Positions 1 to 12,616 of a stretch of 64,000 nucleotides of DNA are shown one piece after another. The notes under the pieces were generated by a model. That model was not told the origin of the DNA, searched no databases, and saw only the letters and a list, made by a program, of their open reading frames with translations. Source of the DNA: an uncultured Arcobacteraceae bacterium (GTDB lineage: Bacteria > Campylobacterota > Campylobacteria > Campylobacterales > Arcobacteraceae); NCBI GenBank assembly GCA_964022095.1, contig CAXHZO010000005.1:52870-116869 (forward strand), given 5' to 3'. Within the stretch, counting starts at the first letter, position 1; each line of letters starts with the position of its first letter. Both the position numbers and the translations under genes were made by a program.

Positions 1-101
1 AGAAAAATGTATTTGGTTTAATGCCTCACCCAGAAAGAGCTATGGAAGAACTTTTAGGATGTGATGATGGAGTTAGAATGCTAAAAGGTTTCTTACAATA
101 A
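1..101 (+). CDS. purQ: phosphoribosylformylglycinamidine synthase I, 3' end (partial)
   Basis: Manual translation from nt 3 gives [19 protein letters not shown]..., containing the PurQ MPHPER motif; TAA at 99-101. Confidence 0.9.
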   Translation, partial: KNVFGLMPHPERAMEELLGCDDGVRMLKGFLQ

Positions 102-124
102 AGAGATAGGTAACTATCTCTTTA
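99..124. terminator. hairpin after purQ
   Basis: TAAAGAGATAG-gtaa-CTATCTCTTTA perfect inverted repeat. Confidence 0.55.
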
Positions 125-135
125 GAAGTTTAGTT

Positions 136-1206
136 ATGAAAAAACTAGCAATATCAATAATTTTATTTAATATTTTTTTATCATTAAATCTATTTGCTGC
201 TAAAAATTTATATGTATCTTACAAAAATGTTCCCTCAAAAGTTTATAAAAATCAAAGATTTGAAGTTGTTGTAAAAGCTTTAATTACAACAAATAGTTTT
301 GATTATCTATCAAGCTCATTTTCAAAATCAAAAAATGTGAAACTGCTAAACCCAAAAAGTAAATGGGATAAGATATCAAATGATGTTTATGAAAATAGGT
401 ACATATTTAAAGTTGGAGAAGGTAGTTTTACTTTACCTAGAATTAGTGTTAAATTAATAAAAAACTCAAGTGCAATTGATGTAAGTACATTAGGCTCACC
501 TTCAATTAGTTACTCAAATATAGCTGTTGGTGATGGTAGATTCTCAGGTGTGATCGCAGATGATTTTGTACTAAAAGCTTATAAAACAAAACAGTATAAC
601 AATAATGATGCTTTAACAATAATTGATGTTGAAGGTGTAAACTCAAATTTAGAAAATTTTAAGATCAAAGATATTCAAGAACAAGGCATATCAGATTTAA
701 AAGATGAATTCACTAATCAAAATCTTGTGTACTATTTTGTAACTCCAGTTCATCAAAAAAAGATGGTTATTACTTATTATAATTCAAAACTAAAAAGTTT
801 TAAAGATGTTACAATTCCTTTAGTTTTACAAAATGAATTAGTAAGTACTCAAACAGATCTTAATCCAAATGATTCAAGCTTTGAAAAATACAAAAAAATT
901 GCAGTTGTAGTTTTATTTTTAATTGCACTTGCTTTATATATTTGGAAAAGAAAAAAGTTTTTATTAGTAATTGCAGTAATTCTATTTATTATAAGTGCAA
1001 TATATTTAATGCCAAATCAAACAGGAATTGTGAAAAAAGATTCATATATTTATATATTACCAACAAAAAATTCTACAATTTTCTTTAAACTAGATAATTC
1101 TCAAAAAGTTGAAAAACTACAAGAGAGAAATGGTTTTATAAAAGTTATAGGTATTGATAATAAGTTTATAGGATGGGTGAAGGAAGATAGCTTTGGCAAG
1201 AATTAG
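136..1206 (+). CDS. exported/membrane protein with C-terminal SH3-like domain
   Basis: Signal peptide, two C-terminal TM helices, then SH3-like segment ending IGWVK; typical neighbour of plsC in Campylobacterota. Confidence 0.6.
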   Translation: MKKLAISIILFNIFLSLNLFAAKNLYVSYKNVPSKVYKNQRFEVVVKALITTNSFDYLSSSFSKSKNVKLLNPKSKWDKISNDVYENRYIFKVGEGSFTLPRISVKLIKNSSAIDVSTLGSPSISYSNIAVGDGRFSGVIADDFVLKAYKTKQYNNNDALTIIDVEGVNSNLENFKIKDIQEQGISDLKDEFTNQNLVYYFVTPVHQKKMVITYYNSKLKSFKDVTIPLVLQNELVSTQTDLNPNDSSFEKYKKIAVVVLFLIALALYIWKRKKFLLVIAVILFIISAIYLMPNQTGIVKKDSYIYILPTKNSTIFFKLDNSQKVEKLQERNGFIKVIGIDNKFIGWVKEDSFGKN

Positions 1207-1879
1207 AGGAATAATACTTTTTATACAATTTACTATTACAGTTGCAATTACAGTTGTATGTATGTATTTATTTAGAAACCATACTCACAAAGTAATAAAA
1301 ATTTGGATGACTTTCCAAATGAAAGTTTTAGGTATAAAACTTCAAACTGAAGGTAAGTTAGATGAGTCCTGTGATATGGTTCTTATGAATCATCAATCGT
1401 TACTTGATATTATTGTTATGGAGTACATCCATTCAAGAGATTTAGCTTGGGTTGCAAAAAAAGAGATTGCAGATTTATTTTTCTTTGGACACATTATTAA
1501 AGCACCTAGAATGATTAGTATAGATAGAGAAAACAAAGCTGGAATTATTACTTTAATAAAAGAAACACGAGATAGACTTGATAAAGGTAGACCAATTGCA
1601 ATGTTCCCTGAAGGAACAAGAAGTGATGGTACAAAAATGCTTAAGTTTAAAGCTGGTGCTAAAATGGTTGCTAATAAACATAAACTAAAAGTACAACCAG
1701 TAGTTATTTTTAATACTAGAAATATTGTGGATTCTAAAGCTTTAAAAGCAAATCCAGGTGTTGTAAAGGTTGTATTTTTAGATCCAATACAAGCTGATAA
1801 ATCAACTGATTGGTTTGAACAAACAGAAATTAAAATGAACGAAGTCTTCAATAAAGAGTATAAAAACTATGTCTCTTAG
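1193..1879 (+). CDS. plsC: 1-acyl-sn-glycerol-3-phosphate acyltransferase
   Basis: NHQSLLD and FPEGTRS acyltransferase motifs. Confidence 0.9.
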   Translation: MARIRGIILFIQFTITVAITVVCMYLFRNHTHKVIKIWMTFQMKVLGIKLQTEGKLDESCDMVLMNHQSLLDIIVMEYIHSRDLAWVAKKEIADLFFFGHIIKAPRMISIDRENKAGIITLIKETRDRLDKGRPIAMFPEGTRSDGTKMLKFKAGAKMVANKHKLKVQPVVIFNTRNIVDSKALKANPGVVKVVFLDPIQADKSTDWFEQTEIKMNEVFNKEYKNYVS

Positions 1880-2255
1880 TTGGCAAACACTATTAGCAAT
1901 TGGGCTTGGAGGATTTCTAGGTGCAGTTGCAAGGGCATATAGTGTTCATCTATCTAATAAATACATACCTTTAGAGTTTCCAGTTGGAATTTTAATTGTA
2001 AATTTAATTGGCTCATTTATAATTGGCTTATTATTTGCTTATTTTGCACATGTTACAGTTGGTGCAAATATAAAAGCTTTTTTAACTACAGGTTTTTTAG
2101 GAGCTTTAACTACATATTCAACATTTGCTATTGAGTCATATTTACTATTTGGAACATCTATTTATTTAGCAATTACAAATATGGCATTAAACTTATTTGG
2201 TACTATTATTGCTGCTGGTAGTGGCTATAAATTAGTACAATTTTTTCTAAAATAA
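1869..2255 (+). CDS. crcB: fluoride efflux channel Fluc/CrcB
   Basis: GGFLGAVAR, NLIGSF and TGFLGALTTYSTF motifs; 128 aa. Confidence 0.92.
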   Translation: MSLSWQTLLAIGLGGFLGAVARAYSVHLSNKYIPLEFPVGILIVNLIGSFIIGLLFAYFAHVTVGANIKAFLTTGFLGALTTYSTFAIESYLLFGTSIYLAITNMALNLFGTIIAAGSGYKLVQFFLK

Positions 2256-2322
2256 ATCACAAAAATTTTTTTAAGCATTAAGTAGTTATAATATTTGTTA
2301 AAAATTATAACAAGGATGTCTC

Positions 2323-2553
2323 ATGGGTATGCCAGGCGGTATGGAATGGATTTTAATTGCATTAGTAGTATTATTACTATTTGGTGGTAAGAAAATACCA
2401 GAATTAGCAAAAGGTTTAGGTTCAGGGATTAAGAACTTCAAAAAAGCAGTTAAAGATGATGAAGAAGAAGTAGCTGAAAATAAAAAAGCAGACGAATTAG
2501 AGAAAAAAGCTGAAACTACTGAATCTGAAAAAAACGACACTAAAACAGTATAA
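2323..2553 (+). CDS. tatA: twin-arginine translocase subunit TatA/E
   Basis: TM helix followed by [23 protein letters not shown]. Confidence 0.95.
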   Translation: MGMPGGMEWILIALVVLLLFGGKKIPELAKGLGSGIKNFKKAVKDDEEEVAENKKADELEKKAETTESEKNDTKTV

Positions 2554-2562
2554 GAGAAGAGA

Positions 2563-4152
2563 TTGCAAAATTTAGTTAAAAATTATATTGAAGAAATATT
2601 AGAAACTAGTGTAGTTTTAGAAAAACCAAAAGATATCTCTTTTGGTCACTACGCTACTCCTGTAGCATTCTCTTTAGCAAAAGAGTTTAGAAAATCTCCA
2701 ATGATTATTGCAGATGAGTTAGCTTCGAAATTTGCTGATTCTACAATGTTTGAAAAAGTTGAAGCTGTTAAAGGCTTTATTAACTTTAAACTATCAAACT
2801 CTTTTTTAGAAAGTTTAGTAAATGACTCATTAAGTAATGAATCAACTTTTGCTAAAGGTGAAAAAAAAGATGAGAAAATTCTTTTAGAATATGTATCTGC
2901 AAACCCTACTGGTCCTTTACATATAGGACACGCAAGGGGAGCGATAAATGGTGATAGCATTGCAAGAGTTGGAAAACATTTAGGTTATGATATTACTACA
3001 GAGTATTATGTAAATGATGCTGGTGCTCAAATGGATTTATTAGGTCTTTCTGTATCTTTAGCAGCTAGAGACTTTATTTTAAATGAAGACGTTGACTATC
3101 CTGAAACATACTATAGAGGTGATTACTTAATTGATATTGCAAAAGTAGTTATTGAAAAATTTGGTCAAGATATTATTTATGATGAATCAAAATATAAAGA
3201 GATTGCTTTTTTTGCAAAAGATTTAGTAATGGACATTATTGTTAAAGATTTAAAAGATTTAGGAGTAGAGTTTGATAACTTCGTTTCTGAAAAGTCTTTA
3301 TATGATAAATGGGATGAAATAAAAACTATTTTAGAAAACAACGGTTCATTATATGAAAAAGATGAAAAGATTTTCTTAAGATCAACAGAACATGGAGATG
3401 ACTCAGATAGAGTTGTAGTTAGAGATAATGGAATTCCTACATATTTAGCAGGTGATATTATTTACCATAAAAATAAATATGATAGATCATATGATAAGTA
3501 TATAAATATTTGGGGTGCAGATCACCATGGATATATCTCAAGAGTAAAAGCTGCAATTAAATTTTGTGGAAATGATTCAGATAAATTAGAAGTACTTTTA
3601 TCTCAAATGGTTCAGTTACTAAAAGGTGGAGAACCTTATAAAATGAGTAAAAGAGCTGGTAATGTGATTTTAATGTCTGATGTTACAGAAGAGATTGGTC
3701 CTGATGCATTAAGATTTATCTTTTTAACAAGAAAGAGTGATACTCATTTAGAGTTTGATATTGATATGCTTAAAAATCAAGATTCATCAAATCCAATTTT
3801 TTATATAAATTATGCACATGCTAGAATTAATCAAGTATTTAAAAAAGCTGAATTAAACTTAGATGATGTAATGAATGAAAACTTTGAGAATCTTAACCAA
3901 GATGGTTTAAATTTAGTTTATGAGTCATTGTTATTACAATCTGTTTTACATGAAGCATTTTCAAAAAGAGAAATGCAAAAAGTAACTGAATATTTAAATT
4001 CACTTGCATCTTCTGTGCATAAATTCTATAATGAATATAAAGTTATAGGTAGTGATGAACAAAATCAATACTTAAAAGTTTTAAGTATGGCAGCACTTAG
4101 TATTAGAACAGGTTTAAATATTTTAGGAATAAAAGCTAAGGAGGTTATGTAA
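2563..4152 (+). CDS. argS: arginyl-tRNA synthetase
   Basis: SANPTGPLHIGH, WGADHHGY and KMSKRAG motifs. Confidence 0.97.
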   Translation: MQNLVKNYIEEILETSVVLEKPKDISFGHYATPVAFSLAKEFRKSPMIIADELASKFADSTMFEKVEAVKGFINFKLSNSFLESLVNDSLSNESTFAKGEKKDEKILLEYVSANPTGPLHIGHARGAINGDSIARVGKHLGYDITTEYYVNDAGAQMDLLGLSVSLAARDFILNEDVDYPETYYRGDYLIDIAKVVIEKFGQDIIYDESKYKEIAFFAKDLVMDIIVKDLKDLGVEFDNFVSEKSLYDKWDEIKTILENNGSLYEKDEKIFLRSTEHGDDSDRVVVRDNGIPTYLAGDIIYHKNKYDRSYDKYINIWGADHHGYISRVKAAIKFCGNDSDKLEVLLSQMVQLLKGGEPYKMSKRAGNVILMSDVTEEIGPDALRFIFLTRKSDTHLEFDIDMLKNQDSSNPIFYINYAHARINQVFKKAELNLDDVMNENFENLNQDGLNLVYESLLLQSVLHEAFSKREMQKVTEYLNSLASSVHKFYNEYKVIGSDEQNQYLKVLSMAALSIRTGLNILGIKAKEVM

Positions 4153-4271
4153 TGAAATGGGCAATAATTATATTAGCATTAATCGTAGGATACGCAATTT
4201 GGACAGGTAATATGGGTGGTGCTCAAGATGCAGCAGCCAATTATAATAAAGTATTAAGACCAGGGCAGTAA
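4152..4271 (+). CDS. small membrane protein, 39 aa (not in ORF track)
   Basis: ATG overlaps the argS stop (TAATG), SD AAGGAGG at 4138-4144; MKWAIIILALIVGYAIWTGNMGGAQDAAANYNKVLRPGQ. Confidence 0.7.
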   Translation: MKWAIIILALIVGYAIWTGNMGGAQDAAANYNKVLRPGQ

Positions 4272-4274
4272 AGT

Positions 4275-4604
4275 TTAACTTTCTGCTCTGTTATTTAATT
4301 GACTTAAAAAATCTTCTATAGTGTATTTTTTTCTATGACCTTCACTCATTAAGTGAATAAATACATCACCTAAATCACAAATAGTCCAGTTGTCATCTTC
4401 TTCAACTCTAACAAACTCTTCACCCATAGGTTTTAAATCGTTCTTTAAATAAGTTAATAACGCAATACCATGCTTAGGGTTTAAAGTTGTTGCTATAACA
4501 ACATAATCAACAATATAATCTTTGTCTCTTACATCAATTATTTCAATATCTTCAGCTTTCTTATCATCTAAAATGTCTCTAATCTTTTCTATTCTTTTAT
4601 CCAA
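4275..4604 (-). CDS. rsfS: ribosome silencing factor
   Basis: DKKAEDIEIIDV...WTICDLGDVFIHLM; downstream of nadD. Confidence 0.92.
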   Translation of the reverse strand: MDKRIEKIRDILDDKKAEDIEIIDVRDKDYIVDYVVIATTLNPKHGIALLTYLKNDLKPMGEEFVRVEEDDNWTICDLGDVFIHLMSEGHRKKYTIEDFLSQLNNRAES

Positions 4605-4616
4605 AAGTTTTTACCT

Positions 4617-5162
4617 TTATTTGTTTTGTTTTTCAAGATCTAAAATCTCATTTTTTATCTCACTAGGAATGAAGTCTAAATCAAGTTTTTCTCTTAACTG
4701 AGAAGAACTTATATTTATATCAATATTTAGTGTTTGAAACTCTTTTGCTTTTTCTAAATTATAACCATTTCTAGTCGCAACTACAAACTCAACTAGTGTT
4801 TTTAACTCTTCTATATTGCTCCATTTATCTAAATGCTCTAAATTATCAGCACCAATTATAAAATATATTTTTGATGCATTGAATTTTTCTTTTAGATATT
4901 TTACTGTTTCAATGGAGTATGTGGCTTTGTTTTTTCTGATTTCATAGTCACAAACTTCAACATTAGTAAAGTTTTTAAAAACTTTTTTTAATAGTTCAAA
5001 TCTAGTTTCTGGTTCAATTTTAAAGCTATTTTTAAAAGGGTTTAAATATGTAGGAACTACAAAAATTTTTTCTATTTGTAGCTTCTGTAATGCATTATTT
5101 ACAATAGCCACATGTGCTAAATGAATAGGATCAAAACTGCCACCAAATATCGCAATATGCAC
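4617..5162 (-). CDS. nadD: nicotinate-nucleotide adenylyltransferase
   Basis: FGGSFDPIHLAH, IGADN and ISSS motifs. Confidence 0.95.
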   Translation of the reverse strand: MHIAIFGGSFDPIHLAHVAIVNNALQKLQIEKIFVVPTYLNPFKNSFKIEPETRFELLKKVFKNFTNVEVCDYEIRKNKATYSIETVKYLKEKFNASKIYFIIGADNLEHLDKWSNIEELKTLVEFVVATRNGYNLEKAKEFQTLNIDINISSSQLREKLDLDFIPSEIKNEILDLEKQNK

Positions 5163-5253
5163 TTACTTAAAACCTTTATGAATATACTTAAATAATATTA
5201 TAGCAATTTTTGGATAAAATATCTACCATTAGATTTACAATAAAGGGAAAAAA

Positions 5254-6249
5254 ATGGCTGTTAAGGTTGCAATAAACGGTTTAGGAAGAATTGGAAGATG
5301 TGTTGCAAAGATTGTTGCAAGTAAAGAGGAAGTGGAATTAGTTGCAGTAAATGCAAGTGGTAGTGAAGAAATGCTTCAATATAACCTTAGATATGACACA
5401 GTTCATGGTCCTAGACAAGATATTAAAGTTGAAGATGGATACTTACATATTGGTAATGATAAAGCAAAAATTATTAGTGAAAGAGATCCAGCAAAAATCG
5501 ACTTTGCTTCTTTAGGAGCTGAAGTAGTTTATGAATGTACAGGAGCATTTTTAACTCAAGAGTCTGTACAAGCATACATTGATAATGGAATTAAAAAAGT
5601 TGTAATGAGTGCACCTGCAAAAGATGATACTCCAACATTTGTATTAGGTGCAAATGAAGATACATATGCAGGTCAAGCAATTGTTTCAAATGCTTCTTGT
5701 ACAACAAATGGTTTAGCACCAGTTGCTAGAGTACTTGATGATGCTTTTGGAATTGAAAAAGGTTTAATGACTACAATTCACTCTTATACTTCATCTCAAC
5801 CAATCTTAGATGGTAAAGACAAAAAAGATCCAAGAAAAGGAAGAGCAGGAGCTACAAACTTAATTCCAGCAAGTACAGGTGCAGCTAAAGCAATTGGAAA
5901 AGTAATGCCTCACTTAAATGGAAAATTAAATGGTCAAGCAATTAGAGTTCCAACTCCAAATGTTTCTTTAGTTGATTTAACAGTTACTTTAAGCAAAGAG
6001 GTTTCTTTAGAAGAAGTGATCGCTGAGTTTAGAAATGCTGCAGAAGGTAAACTAAAAGGAATTTTAGGTGTTGATGAAGAAGGTAGAGTTAGTTCAGACT
6101 TCATAGGTGAGTCTTTATCTACAGTTGTTCCAGTTGATACAATTCAAGTTATTGAAGGAAATATGGTAAAAGTACTTTCATGGTATGACAATGAGTGGGG
6201 ATACTCTACAAGACTTGTAGAAATGGGTATTCACATAGCAAGTAAATAA
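5254..6249 (+). CDS. gap: glyceraldehyde-3-phosphate dehydrogenase
   Basis: INGLGRIGR, SNASCTTN and WYDNEWGYS motifs. Confidence 0.97.
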   Translation: MAVKVAINGLGRIGRCVAKIVASKEEVELVAVNASGSEEMLQYNLRYDTVHGPRQDIKVEDGYLHIGNDKAKIISERDPAKIDFASLGAEVVYECTGAFLTQESVQAYIDNGIKKVVMSAPAKDDTPTFVLGANEDTYAGQAIVSNASCTTNGLAPVARVLDDAFGIEKGLMTTIHSYTSSQPILDGKDKKDPRKGRAGATNLIPASTGAAKAIGKVMPHLNGKLNGQAIRVPTPNVSLVDLTVTLSKEVSLEEVIAEFRNAAEGKLKGILGVDEEGRVSSDFIGESLSTVVPVDTIQVIEGNMVKVLSWYDNEWGYSTRLVEMGIHIASK

Positions 6250-6268
6250 TTTTAATTAAGGAAGCAAT

Positions 6269-7465
6269 TTGAAATTACAAGAGATTAAAAATATTGATAT
6301 AACTGGTAAAAAAGTTTTTATTAGATGTGACTTTAACGTACCAATGGATGAGTATAGAAATATCACTGATGATAGAAGAATTAGAAGTGCGTTAAATACA
6401 ATTAGATACTGTATTGACAATGATTGTTCTATTATTTTAGCATCACATTTTGGTAGACCAAAAAATGGTTTTGAAGATGAATTCTCTTTAAAACCAATTG
6501 CAAAAAGATTACATACTTTATTAAAACAAGAGATTAAAATGGCTCCTGGAATTGTAGATGAAGAGTCTTTAAAAATGGCTAGTGAACTACAAACAGGTGA
6601 TATTTTATTATTAGAAAATATGAGATTTGATGAAGGTGAAACAAAAAACAATGAAGAGTTAAGTGCTAAATTGGCTTCTATGGCTGATGTTTATATTAAT
6701 GATGCATTTGGTGTTTCTCATAGAGCTCATTCATCTGTTGAAGGTATTGCACAACATTTTGATATTGAACATAAAGCAGCTGGATTTTTATTAGCAAAAG
6801 AGATTAAATTTTTCCATCATATTGTTCATAATCCAAAAAGACCATTTGTATCAATTGTAGGTGGTTCAAAAGTTTCTGGAAAACTAGAAGCACTTTATAA
6901 TCTTGTACCAAAAGTAGATAAAATCTTAATTGGTGGAGGAATGGCATTTACATTTTTAAAAGCATTAGGTCATGAAGTTGGTAATTCATTAGTTGAAGAA
7001 GAATTAATTCCTGAAGCTATTAAAATCATGGATGAAGCAAAAGAACTAGGTGTTAAACTTTATTTACCAGTTGATGTTGTTGTTGCTGAAGCTTTCGATT
7101 CAGAAGCAATTGCAAAACACGTAACAGTTCAAGAAATGCCTAAAAATTGGATGGGGTTAGATATTGGACCTGCCTCAGCTCAACTTTTCTCATTAGCATT
7201 AAGAGATGCAAATACAATTTTATGGAATGGACCAATGGGTGTTTATGAAATGGATAAGTTTGCAAAAGGAAGTACTAAAATTTCTCATGCAGTTGCAAGT
7301 TCATTTGCTACAACTGTTGTTGGTGGTGGAGATACTGCTGACTTAGTTAGAGTAACTGGTGATGAAGATGAGATGACATTTATTTCTACTGGTGGTGGAG
7401 CTTCTTTAGAGCTAATTGAAGGTAAAGTATTACCAGGTGTTAAAGCACTAATTATAGAGGAATAA
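6269..7465 (+). CDS. pgk: phosphoglycerate kinase
   Basis: [17 protein letters not shown] and STGGGASLE motifs. Confidence 0.97.
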   Translation: MKLQEIKNIDITGKKVFIRCDFNVPMDEYRNITDDRRIRSALNTIRYCIDNDCSIILASHFGRPKNGFEDEFSLKPIAKRLHTLLKQEIKMAPGIVDEESLKMASELQTGDILLLENMRFDEGETKNNEELSAKLASMADVYINDAFGVSHRAHSSVEGIAQHFDIEHKAAGFLLAKEIKFFHHIVHNPKRPFVSIVGGSKVSGKLEALYNLVPKVDKILIGGGMAFTFLKALGHEVGNSLVEEELIPEAIKIMDEAKELGVKLYLPVDVVVAEAFDSEAIAKHVTVQEMPKNWMGLDIGPASAQLFSLALRDANTILWNGPMGVYEMDKFAKGSTKISHAVASSFATTVVGGGDTADLVRVTGDEDEMTFISTGGGASLELIEGKVLPGVKALIIEE

Positions 7466-7470
7466 TATTT

Positions 7471-9119
<1,649 letters not shown>

Positions 9120-9192
9120 ATTGTTATAAAAAGTTTTAAATTTGAATTTTCAGAATTTAGATTTAAAATTTTAAATAGAGTATAGGAAAAAA

Positions 9193-10401
9193 ATGAATAT
9201 TAATTTTAAAGAGTTAGCAAATAAATATCAAACACCATACTATGTGTATGATTTTGACCATATTACAAATCAATATAATGAATTAAAAGGTGCATTTAAA
9301 GCAAGAAAATCTTTAATTGCATATGCTGTAAAAGCAAATTCAAATTTATCAGTTATTAAACACTTAGCTAGTTTAGGTGCAGGGGCTGATTGTGTAAGTA
9401 TTGGTGAAGTAAGAAGAGCATTAAAAGTTGGAATTGCTCCTTATAAAATCATTTTCTCAGGTGTTGGAAAGATTGATTCAGAAATTAAAGAAGCTTTAGA
9501 ACTTGGTATTTTAATGATAAATGTTGAGTCAGATGCAGAGTTAAATAGAGTTGAAACAATAGCAAAACAGTTAGATGTAGTAGCAAGAATATCAATTAGA
9601 GTTAATCCAAATATTGACCCTCAAACACATCCTTATATTTCAACTGGATTACATGAAAATAAATTTGGCGTTGATATTGATACAGCAAAAAGAATGTACA
9701 TCCAATGTAAAAACTCTGATAATTTAGAGCCTCAAGGAATTCATTGTCATATTGGTTCTCAATTAACTCAATTAGAGCCTATTAAAGAGTCAATAAAAAT
9801 TGTTGCAGATTTAGTTAGAAATTTAAAAGCAATTAAAATTGAGTTATCGTTTATTGATGTTGGTGGAGGACTTGGTATTGTTTATGATGATGAAAAACTT
9901 ATTGATACAAATGAGTACGCACAATCTATTTTAGAAAATATGTTTGGTTTAGATATTACAGTAGTTTGTGAGCCAGGAAGATTCTTAGTAGGAAATTCTG
10001 GAGTATTTGTAAGTAAAGTTTTATATGAAAAAGTAAATGGAAACAAAAGATTTGTTATTGTTGATGGAGCTATGAATGACTTAATTAGACCGTCATTATA
10101 TGATGCATATCACAAAATCGAAGTACTAAATGATAACAAAGATATAAGTGACTGTAATTTAGTTGGGCCTGTTTGTGAAAGTGGTGACTTCTTTGCAAAA
10201 AACATTGAACTTCCTAAAACTGAGCATAATGATTTAGTTGCTGTTTACAGTGCTGGTGCATACTGTTTTACAATGGCAAGTAACTATAATACAAGAGGGA
10301 AAGTAGCAGAAATTGCTTATGAAGATGGAAAAGATAGATTAATTAGAAAAAGAGAAAACTTTGAAGATTTAATCGCTTTAGAAGAAGAATTTATAAAATA
10401 A
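9193..10401 (+). CDS. lysA: diaminopimelate decarboxylase
   Basis: YAVKAN, HIGSQ, EPGR and CESGD motifs. Confidence 0.96.
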   Translation: MNINFKELANKYQTPYYVYDFDHITNQYNELKGAFKARKSLIAYAVKANSNLSVIKHLASLGAGADCVSIGEVRRALKVGIAPYKIIFSGVGKIDSEIKEALELGILMINVESDAELNRVETIAKQLDVVARISIRVNPNIDPQTHPYISTGLHENKFGVDIDTAKRMYIQCKNSDNLEPQGIHCHIGSQLTQLEPIKESIKIVADLVRNLKAIKIELSFIDVGGGLGIVYDDEKLIDTNEYAQSILENMFGLDITVVCEPGRFLVGNSGVFVSKVLYEKVNGNKRFVIVDGAMNDLIRPSLYDAYHKIEVLNDNKDISDCNLVGPVCESGDFFAKNIELPKTEHNDLVAVYSAGAYCFTMASNYNTRGKVAEIAYEDGKDRLIRKRENFEDLIALEEEFIK

Positions 10402-10414
10402 TTAAAGGCATTTA

Positions 10415-11491
10415 ATGAGTGAAGATGGATTATTAGATCTTAGAAATAAGCTTGACAGTATTGATAATGAATTATTACAATTAATTAATGAAAGAATGCA
10501 AATTGTTCATCAAGTAGGTGCACTTAAAGCAAAAAGTGGTGGTGCTATTTATAGACCTGAGCGAGAAAAAGCTATTATTGATAGACTTGAGAAATTAAAC
10601 CAAGATAATAATGGCTCACTAAATAGAAGTGCAATTGAAGCACTTTTTTTAGAAATATTTGCAATTTCTAGAAATATAGAATTACCTGAAAATGTTGCAT
10701 ACTTAGGACCTGAAGGAAGCTTTACACATCAAGCTGCTGAAGGTAGATTTGGGGCAATGAGTTCATATATTTCAGTTGCTTCTATTAAAGGAATATTTAG
10801 AGAAGTAAGTACAAAAAAAGCGAGATTTGGAGTGGTTCCTATTGAGAACTCTTCAAATGGAATTGTTACAGATACAATTAATTGTTTAAGTAAATACAAT
10901 CTAAAAATTATTGCTGAAGTAGTACTTGATATTCATCATACTTTAGCAACTAACTGTGATAAAATCTCTGATATTAAAAGAATTTACTCAAAAGATATTG
11001 CTTTTGAACAGTGTAGAAAGTTTTTAGGAAATGTTGGATTAGATGAAGTTGAGCAAATTCCAATTGAATCTACAACAAAAGCTGCGAAAATAGCAGTAAA
11101 AGAAGAAGGAAGTGCAGCCATTTGTCCTCATGTAGGTGCAAAACTACACAATCTTCCAATTTTATTTGAAAATATTGAAGATACAGATAACAATAAAACA
11201 AGATTTTTTATAATTAGTGATTTTGAAAATGCTCAAAGTGGAAATGATAAAACATCAATTTTAGTTACATTCCCAGATAAACAGGGTGCTTTATTTGATT
11301 TCTTAAAAGATTTCAATGAAGCTGGAATTAACTTGACAAAAATTAAATCACATATTGTTGAAGGTCATTCTATTTTCTTTATTGATTTTGATGGCCATAA
11401 AAATGATGAAAATGTTAAAAATGTCCTACTAAAACACAGTGAAAGTGTTAAAGTATTAGGATCATATGTAAAAGAAATAAATGATATTTAG
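10415..11491 (+). CDS. pheA: chorismate mutase/prephenate dehydratase
   Basis: N-terminal CM domain, LGPEGSF, PIENS, NKTRF, ACT domain. Confidence 0.95.
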   Translation: MSEDGLLDLRNKLDSIDNELLQLINERMQIVHQVGALKAKSGGAIYRPEREKAIIDRLEKLNQDNNGSLNRSAIEALFLEIFAISRNIELPENVAYLGPEGSFTHQAAEGRFGAMSSYISVASIKGIFREVSTKKARFGVVPIENSSNGIVTDTINCLSKYNLKIIAEVVLDIHHTLATNCDKISDIKRIYSKDIAFEQCRKFLGNVGLDEVEQIPIESTTKAAKIAVKEEGSAAICPHVGAKLHNLPILFENIEDTDNNKTRFFIISDFENAQSGNDKTSILVTFPDKQGALFDFLKDFNEAGINLTKIKSHIVEGHSIFFIDFDGHKNDENVKNVLLKHSESVKVLGSYVKEINDI

Positions 11492-11500
11492 GAAAAATAG

Positions 11501-12607
11501 ATGAAATTTAATGAAGTTTTAGAAAATGTTACAACATATGAAGCTGGAAAACCAATTGAACTTGTTGTAAGAGAATATGGAGTAAATCCAAAAGATATTA
11601 TAAAATTAGCTTCAAATGAGAATCCTTATGGAACATCTCCAAAGGTTACTTCAAAAATTAAAGAGATTGCAGGAAATATGTTTATTTATCCTGATGATTC
11701 AATGTACGAATTAAAAGAAGCACTTGCAAATAAATTTGAAGTAGAAAGCCAAAATGTAATAATTGGTTCTGGAAGTGATCAGATATTAGAGTTTTGTGTT
11801 CATGCAAAATGTGATAGTTCTTCAAAAATTCTTATGGCAAAAACTACATTTGCTATGTATGAAATTTATGGAAAACAAACAGGTTCACAAATAATTAAAA
11901 CACAATCTGATACTCATAATTTAGAGCAATTCTCAGCTTTATATAAAGAGCATGGAGCAGATGTTATTTTCTTATGTTTACCAAATAATCCATTAGGTGA
12001 ATGTTTAAATAAAGACGATGTATATAAATTTTTAGAAACAATTGATAGTGAAACACTAGTAGTTGTTGATGGAGCTTATCAAGAGTATGCTTCATATAAA
12101 GATGAAAAGAAAAAAATTGTACCAAAAGATTTAATTGAAAAATTTCCTAATACTATTTATTTAGGAACATTTTCAAAGGCATATGCACTTGGTGGAATGA
12201 GAGTTGGATACGGTATTGGCCAAGCTGATGTTATAAAGACTTTATATAAATTAAGAGCTCCATTTAATATCACAACTTTAACTTTAGCCGCAGCAATTGA
12301 AGCTTTAAAAGATGAAGAGTTTGTAAATGATTGTATATCTAAAAACTTTGAAGAGATGAAAAGATATGAACAGTATGCAAAAGATAAAGGGTTTGGATAT
12401 ATTGATTCATATACAAACTTTATTACAATAAAATTTGAAGATAAGTTTATATCAAAAGAAGTTGCTCAAGAGTTACTTCAAAGAGGTGTAATTGTAAGAG
12501 ATTTAACTGGATATGGAGTAAATGCAATTAGAATTACAATTGGTAGTACTGAACAAAATACAAAAGTATTCGAACAACTAGATACTGTATTAGAAAAATT
12601 GAAATAA
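11501..12607 (+). CDS. hisC: histidinol-phosphate aminotransferase
   Basis: KLASNENP and [15 protein letters not shown] motifs. Confidence 0.93.
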   Translation: MKFNEVLENVTTYEAGKPIELVVREYGVNPKDIIKLASNENPYGTSPKVTSKIKEIAGNMFIYPDDSMYELKEALANKFEVESQNVIIGSGSDQILEFCVHAKCDSSSKILMAKTTFAMYEIYGKQTGSQIIKTQSDTHNLEQFSALYKEHGADVIFLCLPNNPLGECLNKDDVYKFLETIDSETLVVVDGAYQEYASYKDEKKKIVPKDLIEKFPNTIYLGTFSKAYALGGMRVGYGIGQADVIKTLYKLRAPFNITTLTLAAAIEALKDEEFVNDCISKNFEEMKRYEQYAKDKGFGYIDSYTNFITIKFEDKFISKEVAQELLQRGVIVRDLTGYGVNAIRITIGSTEQNTKVFEQLDTVLEKLK

Positions 12608-12616
12608 AGAATTAAT

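Noticed and set aside
1800-1868. Fluoride riboswitch before crcB
   Set aside because: crcB overlaps plsC with no leader, and no riboswitch consensus was seen
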